DNA from: an uncultured Chthonomonadaceae bacterium | Lineage (GTDB): Bacteria > Armatimonadota > Chthonomonadetes > Chthonomonadales > Chthonomonadaceae | DNA: 64,000 nt | Reading direction: 5' to 3' | NCBI GenBank assembly: GCA_963817895.1 | Contig: CAWFQB010000004.1 | Span: 864,001-928,000, forward strand | Part shown: positions 56,540 through 64,000 of the stretch, in pieces | Position numbering within the stretch: the first letter of the stretch is position 1 | Layout of the letters: every line of letters begins with the position of its first letter | The notes under the pieces: generated by a model | Seen by the model: the letters and a program-made list of their open reading frames with translations, nothing else | What the model was told of the DNA's origin: nothing | Databases searched by the model: none | Translations under genes and position numbers: made by a program

Positions 56540-56929
56540 TTGTCTACATGGCAGGAGTTGAGTTCGGATTGTCTTCGATCTGCAAAAGTGCTGCACGACA
56601 ACGGCTTGCTGCGACGAAGCATCAGCAGCGCGTACTATGCGGCCTACTGCGCCGTTACCAGTCATCTTGTCGCGCATGGCGTTGATTTTGCGCATGGCTG
56701 GAACAATCCAGCGCATGAACAGTTGCCGAATTTGGTGCTGAACAACACAACTTTGCCGCGTAACACGCGGTATCAGATTAACAAAGCCATTCGTCGCCTG
56801 CGTATGGCGCGAGAAGATGCAGATTATAGACCCGCAGTAGTTATTGATCCTAAACGAGCGCTTGATTGCCTGCACGACGCGGGAGATGTGCTGCAACTTA
56901 TGGAGGTAAACGTAGATGGAACTGAATAA
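56540..56929 (+). CDS. HEPN domain protein
   Basis: GGAGG RBS with TTG start; [14 protein letters not shown] and R..ADY motifs. Confidence 0.8.
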   Translation: MSTWQELSSDCLRSAKVLHDNGLLRRSISSAYYAAYCAVTSHLVAHGVDFAHGWNNPAHEQLPNLVLNNTTLPRNTRYQINKAIRRLRMAREDADYRPAVVIDPKRALDCLHDAGDVLQLMEVNVDGTE

Positions 56930-57182
56930 ACAGAGTGTCGCGCAAAAAGTGCGCGAGTACCTGCAAAACAATCATCCCGGCGGCGTAACGCTGGAAGTGG
57001 TTGAAAACGACATTCATCAGGTGGATTACTGGTGGCGCGTTCCCGTGCGTCCGAGCGCATGGCCTCTAAAGCGGTATGAATACTACGAAGCGCTGGCCGA
57101 CATTGAAAGCGATATTCAGGAAAAGGAACACCTAAATATCCTGATTGCGACCGGGGAACCTTTGGAGACGGAAGCGGCTTGA
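56916..57182 (+). CDS. Small acidic hypothetical protein (putative HEPN partner 1)
   Basis: GGAGG RBS; overlaps the HEPN gene end; paralogous to the next gene. Confidence 0.65.
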   Translation: MELNKQSVAQKVREYLQNNHPGGVTLEVVENDIHQVDYWWRVPVRPSAWPLKRYEYYEALADIESDIQEKEHLNILIATGEPLETEAA

Positions 57183-57184
57183 CG

Positions 57185-57517
57185 ATGAATACGTTATCGC
57201 GCCTTGAACTAAATGCGCAAATTGCCGTGCAGAAGGCGCGTAATTTGCTGCCGACTGAGGCCGTTGGCGGCGTAATGCTGACCATTTTGGAAGAGGACGT
57301 TTACTCGCAACATGATTTCTGGCACATTCCCGTTCGACCTGGCGCCGACCCTTGCAGTTTGTCCGAATTGCTTGAAACACTTGCCCAAATCGAAACCACG
57401 TTGCAACTGGATTACGGTTTAAACGTCATGATTAATCTTGGCGACCCGGAACCGGAGGAAAGCGGCGCAGAGGTTGAGGAGAAGCAAAGCGGATTAGCGT
57501 CAACTATTGCCGCCTGA
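57185..57517 (+). CDS. Small acidic hypothetical protein (putative HEPN partner 2)
   Basis: Shares QK.R..L....GGV.L...E.D......W..PVRP...E.LA.IE...Q....LN..I..G.P with the upstream gene. Confidence 0.65.
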   Translation: MNTLSRLELNAQIAVQKARNLLPTEAVGGVMLTILEEDVYSQHDFWHIPVRPGADPCSLSELLETLAQIETTLQLDYGLNVMINLGDPEPEESGAEVEEKQSGLASTIAA

Positions 57518-57549
57518 TAGTTACAGTGCCAGTTCAGGAGGCTTTCGCG

Positions 57550-58392
57550 ATGTCCTACAAACCGCTTCATGACATACTCTCCGCTCTGGATGCGCAGCAG
57601 CGCGAAGAACTATCTGCGCTCGACGGGCAGGTGGATGCCGCTGAGTTGGTGCGGGCGCGAGAGGCCAAAAAGCGTCTCTATACCGCGTCGGTGTTCTTTA
57701 TCGAGCGCAGTTGGGAGGTTCTCGCCCCACAACTGGAAGAGTTTTCGCTGGAAGCGAAATCAGGTAAAACGCCTGAAGAACTTCGCGCGTATCTGGAAGC
57801 GTTACGGAGGCGACAGCCTGCCTATGCGTGGGGCTGGATACGCGCCCGTATGGATGCCTGGCTGATGAGGCGTCTTGAAATCTGTGTGCCTGCTTTGCTG
57901 CGGCAATACCCGAAGCAGGCGGTTGCCTACGGGGACTGTTTTAGTAAAGTGGACCACTACTGGTTTCGGCAAACGCCGTTGCTTCATCTCAAAGCCGGTT
58001 ATCATACCGGCTTGAGCGCAGCCTGTAAGTGGTACGGCTCTGCTTTTGAACTGATGCCGCATACGTCCACTACCGGTACGCTTGCTACGCGCGAATTCCC
58101 ACGGTATCTGCGCCGATTTACCTCATTCTCCCTGACAATGCTGACACGAACCGATGGGTATCTATGGGACTCGGCCAACGCGGAACCGCTGGAAGCCGTT
58201 CTTGAGGGCGAAACACTAAAAATAGCCCCTAAAGCGGTAAAGGTATGGCGTCTCGAAAGCGCCCCCGATTATGGGCTGCGGCTTGGCTGTCCAGCATTGG
58301 GCGCGCGTAGCGAAGCGGGACAGCCTGCGTTTCAGGGCCTCATCGCGTGGGTTGAGCAGGTCTTTGCTCGTTATCTTCTTGAGCGGCAATGA
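57550..58392 (+). CDS. Hypothetical protein
   Basis: AGGAGG RBS before ATG 57550; long uninterrupted ORF; C-terminal LGCPA; no family recognised. Confidence 0.55.
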   Translation: MSYKPLHDILSALDAQQREELSALDGQVDAAELVRAREAKKRLYTASVFFIERSWEVLAPQLEEFSLEAKSGKTPEELRAYLEALRRRQPAYAWGWIRARMDAWLMRRLEICVPALLRQYPKQAVAYGDCFSKVDHYWFRQTPLLHLKAGYHTGLSAACKWYGSAFELMPHTSTTGTLATREFPRYLRRFTSFSLTMLTRTDGYLWDSANAEPLEAVLEGETLKIAPKAVKVWRLESAPDYGLRLGCPALGARSEAGQPAFQGLIAWVEQVFARYLLERQ

Positions 58393-58418
58393 ATCCCACA
58401 TCCTGAGCGAAATAAACT

Positions 58419-58874
58419 CTATTGTTCCTGTAGCGAAGAGACTTTTCCGCCTTTGCCCTCCACCTCGTTCTGGATAGACTGCAAGGCAGTTTGCAGTTCC
58501 TCGTTGATAACAGCGTCCCGATCGCCGCTTTTTTCCAGATTGGCGCTGATGTCGGGCGGGGGCGCGAAGGAGAGATGCACGGTCACTTTCGATTGTCCAT
58601 CCTCCGCATCCACAACCTGCATCCAGCCGGAATAGGCGTGTTCGCCATCCGAACCCCATTCCAGACGCAGCGCGGCGTGATCGGCGTGTAAATGTCCATC
58701 CGAATCGTAGTGGTGGCCTTTGGCATCGCCCTCCATGTGAACGCGTTCGCCCTCCTGCGGTTCGGCGCGTTGCACGGTAGGCAGGTATTTGGGCATATTT
58801 CGCGCGTCGGCAATAAAGTCGAACACAACATCCGGCGCGGCTTGTACGGTCAGACTCTGCTCGTATTCAGGCAC
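58419..58874 (-). CDS. SRPBCC (START-like) family protein
   Basis: V.A.PD.VF.F..D..N.PKY.P, Y.G...V, VTVHL; AGGAG RBS before GTG. Confidence 0.8.
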   Translation of the reverse strand: MPEYEQSLTVQAAPDVVFDFIADARNMPKYLPTVQRAEPQEGERVHMEGDAKGHHYDSDGHLHADHAALRLEWGSDGEHAYSGWMQVVDAEDGQSKVTVHLSFAPPPDISANLEKSGDRDAVINEELQTALQSIQNEVEGKGGKVSSLQEQ

Positions 58875-58965
58875 AATGGTTCTCCTATCATCTGAGGATT
58901 TAATCTCCTGATACGCGAAATCTCCGTTTTGTTCCGCATTGGGAAGCGCACAGCGCGGAAACATG

Positions 58966-59002
58966 AAAAAGCCTGTGTCTGTCATTTCAACAGACACAGG
59001 CT
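58966..59002 (-). terminator. Intrinsic terminator
   Basis: 13-bp stem AGCCTGTGTCTGT/ACAGACACAGGCT followed by a T run on the minus strand. Confidence 0.75.
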
Positions 59003-59033
59003 ATTTCTTGCGGATAGGGTATTCGCCCGAAAA

Positions 59034-59379
59034 CTACTGCGCGCCACCGGGACGCTTGCGGGCTTCGATGGAATCCAGCAGGGCCACCATGTCGCTCAGG
59101 GTTTTGTTGGCATGGTCAATGTTGGCCTGAACCGCAGCGGTGTTGTTTCCCGGCGCGGGGGCCATGTTGTTGTTCATCATTGGATTCGCGCGCTTCCATC
59201 TTCGCTTCTTTTTTCTCCATCTTGCGCTCGGCCTTGCGCTCCTTGCGCTCAGGCTTGGACATCGCCTTTTTCTCCTGCTTGGAGGGCTTGGGCGTGTTGT
59301 TCTGCGCGCAAACGGGCGCGACAACCGAGACGGCCAGCAGACCCATCAGGGCGAAAGCGAAGGGACGTTGAATGGTCAT
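59034..59379 (-). CDS. Small secreted Lys/Glu-rich protein (probable frameshift near 59185)
   Basis: AGGAG RBS, signal peptide (APVCA-Q), charged helical region. Confidence 0.55.
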
Positions 59380-59467
59380 GTTCGTACTCCTATTGGTAAA
59401 ATATGTGTATCGGGAAAAGACAAACGTACAGGTTGTATTATAGTGTATCCCACGCTCGGAAGTCAAT

Positions 59468-59544
59468 AGGGGGTGAAGGTATAAGGGGTAAGTGGTAAAG
59501 GATAAGACAAAGCCCAACACCAAACACCGAACACCGAACACCGA
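59468..59544. repeat. Two adjacent non-complementary heptamer arrays
   Basis: GGTAAG-type units followed by CCGAACA-type units. Confidence 0.7.
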
Positions 59545-59546
59545 TG

Positions 59547-61496
59547 CTACTCCACTATCAGCCCTTCTTGATACGCGTAAATCAGTCGTTCCAACTGCGT
59601 GATTGCGCTGCGCAGGCGTTGCCCCTCTTCGGTATCGCTGACGCGGCGAACTTCAGGGTACTCGCGCAACGTGGTTATTTTGGGGATCATGTCCGCGCCA
59701 CCCGTAATAGCCGCTTCTACGGAATCGAAGTGGGAATGTTCCGCCAGCAAAATACGATCCGCGTCTAAAATCAGCGTGTAGCCGCGATCTCCAAATGCTT
59801 CCGAGAACGCGCCATCAATGGTCACGGCGTTGCCGCCCCGCTTTACTGGCTGTTCCCCTTCGGCGATTTTAACCGGCACATGTCCGTTGACAATCAGACC
59901 GTTTGGTTCACGCCGAACTCGCGCAGGATTTTGCGGCAGAAATCGGCGTCATGAATCAACTCGAAGTAGGGATTCTTGACCTCTTGATGCGTGGCCTTGT
60001 CTGCGACAAAGTAGGTTTCAAAGGTCGCCATTTTGTCCTTGCCAAACAGGGGCGACAGCGGCCCGGCCCATAGATACCAGAGCCAGTCGGCGTCCGCATC
60101 CCGGTTGTCGGCTCCCTTGCGAAAGGCGCGGCGTATGAGGGAGGCCAGCGCGTCGAACAGGGCTTTGCCGCTGCGTTCCACGCCATCCACGTTGAGCGAC
60201 AGATAATCGCTGTTTTCATCGCAGGGGACGCAGGCGTGAAAAATCAGAACATCGTCGCGCTTCTGCCACATTGCGCCGTGATTGACGACCCATCGCATCT
60301 GTTCCCACAGCGTTTGACTGGCGACAAACGACTGCTGCAATCGCTTCATGCAGGCGTCCTCTTCGGGCGAACAGGGCATACGGGTCAGCGGGATCAACGG
60401 TGGGGAAATAGGTATCCAGAAGCGGGTAGGTTTGCCCGTCAATCTCGACCGTTCCCGCCGCGCTATCTATGCGGTGCAGCAGGTTGCGGTGTTCCCAGTT
60501 CCATCCGGGATGCTTGCGGCTGCTGCTGCCCTCCAGTTTGAAGTTGAGAATGGCGGCGGCTTTTTGCATCCGCGCCATCGTCAGGTCGTCGCGCAGGCCG
60601 GAACTTTTGGCGTGAAAGCGTTCGGCGGGATCGTTGCCGTACACAGTTCGCGCCAGATGTTCCAGCGGCTCGATGAGGATGCCGTATCCCTCTTCCAACT
60701 GCTCCAATCGCTGATAGCGCAGGGACAGGCGCAGCACGGTGGCAATCGCCGTCGGTTCTCCCAAGCACGCGCCCATCCAGGAAGTATCGTGATTGCCCCA
60801 CGTAATGGCCACATTGGGTTGGCGCATCAGGTAGTCAATCACTTTGTCAATGCGTTCGCCTCGATCTCCCATGTCGCCGGCAACAAAGATTTCGCCGATG
60901 CTGAGATTACGCGCAAGCCGACTCGCCGCCCGCACAACGTCAAAAATCGCGCCCCCCTCCACGAAAACGCGGATGATGGTCTGAATATACTCCGCGCCGC
61001 GTTCCCATACAGGCATGTCGAACAGTTCCTCAAACAACTCTTTATACGCGATGGGAAAGAGCGCGTGAACGCGATGGCGGCGATACGCGGTTGCGAGACG
61101 GCGAATGAGCTGAAATTGCATTCGCAATACTTCCCACGCCCATTGCGCCTGCGCGTCGGGCGTAGACAGTCGGGCGCGAAGAACCTGCGTAGCCTCATGC
61201 GGATAATAGAGGATGGCGAGGAACGCGGTCATATTGTCCGTTGACAATTGACTGCCGAAAAGTTCCTCCACGAGCGGGCGCAGTTTGCCGGAAGCGTTGT
61301 TGATGACGTGCCGCAACTTCTTGTAGTCGCCGTGAATGTCGCTGATGACATGTACTGCGGGTTTTGGCAGCGTCAGGCCGGCTTTGCAGGCGGCAATCTC
61401 ACTCTGCGCGGAGGCCACATTCGGGTATCGAATCGCCAATGCCTGTAAAGCCGCCAATTCCTGCGCCGAGATTTCCTGCTCCAGATCGTGGGTCAT
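59547..61496 (-). CDS. fbp: Fructose-1,6-bisphosphatase class III (two frameshifts)
   Basis: L.LPK...H.ISD.HG, NNASG, GD..DRG, WGNHD..WMGA, WYLW.G..SPLFGKD.M.TFE, NGHVPVK, IDG.FS.A. Confidence 0.9.
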
Positions 61497-61614
61497 ATTC
61501 GCGCTCCTTCTGAAAGTGATGTACAAGATTGGACGCGCTAAATCCTGCCGACTGATAAACATTTACGCCAATACAGGCCCCTGTTCAGAAGGAACGTACC
61601 CGGTTTCGACAACT

Positions 61615-61877
61615 TTATCCGGGACCGTAAAAGGCGGCATTGATTTCGATGAACTTCTGCCAGACGCGCGGCACGTCGCTTTCCTGATAGATCGCATCCA
61701 CCGGACATTCCGACTCGCACAATCCGCAGTCTATGCAGTGTTCGGGATTGATAAACAGCATGTCATAACGCTGTCCCTCCTTTTCCACAATCCCCTCGTG
61801 AATGCAGTCCATCGGACAAATCGTAACGCAGGATTGTCTTTCACGCCCATGCACGGTTCGGTAATCACATAAGTCAT
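61615..61877 (-). CDS. Ferredoxin (dicluster Fe-S), one frameshift
   Basis: MTYVITEPC..VKD, C...CP.DCI, CIDCGLCE.ECPV.AI. Confidence 0.9.
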
Positions 61878-61924
61878 TGTGTTCTTTCTCCCTGTAGCCC
61901 TCACCTCCACTTGGTTTGAATACA

Positions 61925-61991
61925 CCTCACCGGGCGTCCACTTGTGGACACGGCCCCTCTCCTTGCCGCGCAACGCGCTAGGAGAGGGGAG
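61925..61991 (+). repeat. CCTCACC...CCCTCTCC-hairpin REP-like element
   Basis: Same core as 21760-21809, plus an internal GTCCAC/GTGGAC hairpin. Confidence 0.75.
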
Positions 61992-62149
61992 GCGCGTTCA
62001 TTCGGGACGGTGGAAGTTCATAGTTCCATTTCCGAGTTTTGGAAAAGGGGTAGCTGTTTCTATCGGACACAGTGTACGGCAGAAAGAAAGCTGGAAACAA
62101 TGACTTATATCACGGCGAAAATAAGGTTGAACGCGGTATTCTGATAGGC

Positions 62150-62881
62150 ATGGAACCTTCTATTTTGTCTACAATTTCTCAAAATGCCGGATTTGGTCGC
62201 CGTCGCGCCGCGCTACGGCGGGTCCAGTTTTTGAAAACGCTGCCGGACGATGCGCTTGACGAACTCGCCTGCGCAGGGGTAGAACGCCGTTTAAGTCGGG
62301 GTGAACTGCTGTTTGCCGAACATGACCGCTGTTTGGGGCTGATTGTGGTACTCGCGGGCGCAATCAAGGTTTATAAATTAGATACGCGGGGGCGCGAACT
62401 GACGCTGGACAGCGAACTGCCGGGTGAAAGCGTCTTTGAATTGCCGCTTTTCGATGGCGGCAACTATCCCGCCAGCGCGGAAGCCTCACAGGATGGAACT
62501 GTTGTTTATATTGTTCGCCGGGAACGGTTCGGGCAGTTTGTCGCTACTAATCCGCAGATCGCCGCCCTTGCCCTGCGCGCGCTTGCCGTACGGACGCGCA
62601 AATTAATTCAGATGGTGGAAGCCCATTCGCTTCATTCCGTGCGGGCGCGACTGGCTGCGTACCTGCTGCAAACGGCAGGGGAACGCGCCCGATTTACTCT
62701 CCCCGAAACCAATGAGGCCATTGGCAGCCGTATCGGAACTGTGCGGGAAGTAATCTCTCGAACGTTGCACAGTTTCAAGGATGCGGGCCTGCTTCGCCTC
62801 TGCGGGCGAGAAGTCATCCTTTGCGAACCCAACGCGCTCAAACGTATAGCAGGAATTGAAGCCATTGAAGCGGAATACTAA
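62150..62881 (+). CDS. Crp/Fnr family transcriptional regulator
   Basis: cNMP-binding fold (GE.LF, G.IKV, E..LFDG..YPASA) and HTH IG..IGTVRE.ISR.L. Confidence 0.92.
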   Translation: MEPSILSTISQNAGFGRRRAALRRVQFLKTLPDDALDELACAGVERRLSRGELLFAEHDRCLGLIVVLAGAIKVYKLDTRGRELTLDSELPGESVFELPLFDGGNYPASAEASQDGTVVYIVRRERFGQFVATNPQIAALALRALAVRTRKLIQMVEAHSLHSVRARLAAYLLQTAGERARFTLPETNEAIGSRIGTVREVISRTLHSFKDAGLLRLCGREVILCEPNALKRIAGIEAIEAEY

Positions 62882-63067
62882 ACAACCTGCGAACGTAGGC
62901 AGAAGCATCTTTGATTTACAACGAAATGAATTTCTTTGCTATGGGGCGTACCGCCCAATGTCCGCCTGCGTGGACACATTTGCTCTGTATGGCGACTCCG
63001 CTGTCGAAGATGCTTGAACGTTTAAGCAGAGATTAGCCTGTGTTCAAAGCGCAACGCCACCAATTTA

Positions 63068-63113
63068 GCCTTCTACCAGAATGGGAGAAGGTGGCCGGAG
63101 GCCGGATGAGGGC
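63068..63113. repeat. RIME/CIR-like palindromic element
   Basis: CCTTCTACC...GGGAGAAGG-TGGCCGGAGGCCGGATGAGGG. Confidence 0.6.
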
Positions 63114-63119
63114 GCAGAG

Positions 63120-63545
63120 TTGACAACCCAAACCAGATTGCCGGTAACAAGAGGAATTGGGCTGCTGTCGACGGTCGCGCTGGTAATTAGCGCGTTTCTA
63201 TCCGGCAAGCATAGCGCGGGGCCGGGATGCGTGTTCCGCCGCGCCTTCCACATTCCCTGTCCCGGCTGCGGCCTGACGCGCAGCTTCGCCGCCCTCTGGC
63301 ACGGCAACTTATCCGCCTCGTTTCACTTTCACCCACTGGGTTTGCCGTTGTTCGCGCTGATGGCAATGGGCGCAGGCGTGTGGCTGTTCCGTAATGCTAC
63401 GCCCGGTATGCGGCGAGTCGCAGAACAATGGGAAAATGAAATGGTTCAGCCGCGTGTTTGGATGACGCTGCTGGCGATCTGGTTGGGGGTATGGGTAGCG
63501 CGATTGGTATGGGCAAAAGCGGGCAATGGCGGGTACTGGTGGTGA
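63120..63545 (+). CDS. DUF2752 family membrane protein (start uncertain)
   Basis: C.F......CPGCGLTRS..AL.HG....S...HP.G motif. Confidence 0.85.
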   Translation: MTTQTRLPVTRGIGLLSTVALVISAFLSGKHSAGPGCVFRRAFHIPCPGCGLTRSFAALWHGNLSASFHFHPLGLPLFALMAMGAGVWLFRNATPGMRRVAEQWENEMVQPRVWMTLLAIWLGVWVARLVWAKAGNGGYWW

Positions 63546-64000
63546 CATTGGCGGCGAATGTGAAGACACGATACAGCAGGGCAGCGCGAACGCGCAGAAG
63601 GATAGGGCTTGTCGGCGCGGCCTGCCTGTCGGCATTGTCGGGCTGTCACCGTTCGGCAACCAGTGTCGCGCCCCTTTCCGCAAAAACTGCCGCGCCCGTA
63701 TTCGCGCCTGCCCAGCCGACTATCACACAGGAACCGCTTCCGTTGGAACATCGAACGCGCGAACAGCGCGAGTCGGGCCTTTTCGCTTCCATGCGCAAGC
63801 GCGTGTGGGGAAGGCGGGCGTCCCTGCCCGACATACGCCGGATAGCAACTGACGTGTACCCGTTGATTGGCGAGGCCGCGCGGCAGCCACAGGTCACGCC
63901 CTATCTGCAATCTCTTGCGAATGACAACGGCCTGACGCTGGAACAGGCGCGCGAAAAGTGGATTTCCATTGAGGAGGCCGACCTGCTGCTGGAAGCGGGC
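63526..64000 (+). CDS. 3'-partial membrane-anchored protein, frameshifted; function uncertain
   Basis: Basic N-terminus and hydrophobic stretch; the last frame reads ...IEEADLLLEAG and runs off the window end. Confidence 0.35.

Noticed and set aside
30287..59544. CRISPR array
   Set aside because: The repeats are 7-10-nt tandem units or isolated hairpins, with no 25-45-nt direct repeats separated by unique spacers and no cas genes.

Overview
A 64-kb bacterial chromosomal window, most likely from Armatimonadota (Chthonomonadales-like, judged from memory of 16S signature sequence and gene content; no database search was run). Many conserved genes (mutS, recN, mrdA, fbp, a PBP, a ferredoxin) are split by single-base indels, which points to an unpolished long-read assembly rather than true pseudogenes. 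The window contains housekeeping genes (asnS, serC, mrdA, recN, mutS, rhaB, class III FBPase, split lipoate ligase), one full rRNA operon, several toxin-antitoxin-like modules, a T4 Rnl1-type RNA ligase and an orphan DNA methyltransferase. Five things stand out. (1) A family of 7-8-nt tandem-repeat hairpins fills intergenic gaps, sits in frame inside proteins, and has also entered 16S h10, 16S h44 and 23S H45 as long expansions. (2) The rRNA spacer carries an extra atypical tRNA-CAT between tRNA-Ile and tRNA-Ala, an internal sigma70-type promoter, and a roughly 450-nt duplex enclosing 23S; the 23S also has a truncated L1-stalk H78. (3) A full-length Rho paralogue has lost its RNA-binding and ATPase residues. 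(4) An uncharacterised envelope cluster combines a degenerate M28/PA domain fused to FtsX-type permease segments, an OPT-like transporter, a PqqD/RRE protein, a small FtsX permease and an ABC ATPase, followed by a PTS enzyme-I-like protein lacking its phospho-His motif. (5) A HEPN gene is followed by two tandem paralogous small partners.
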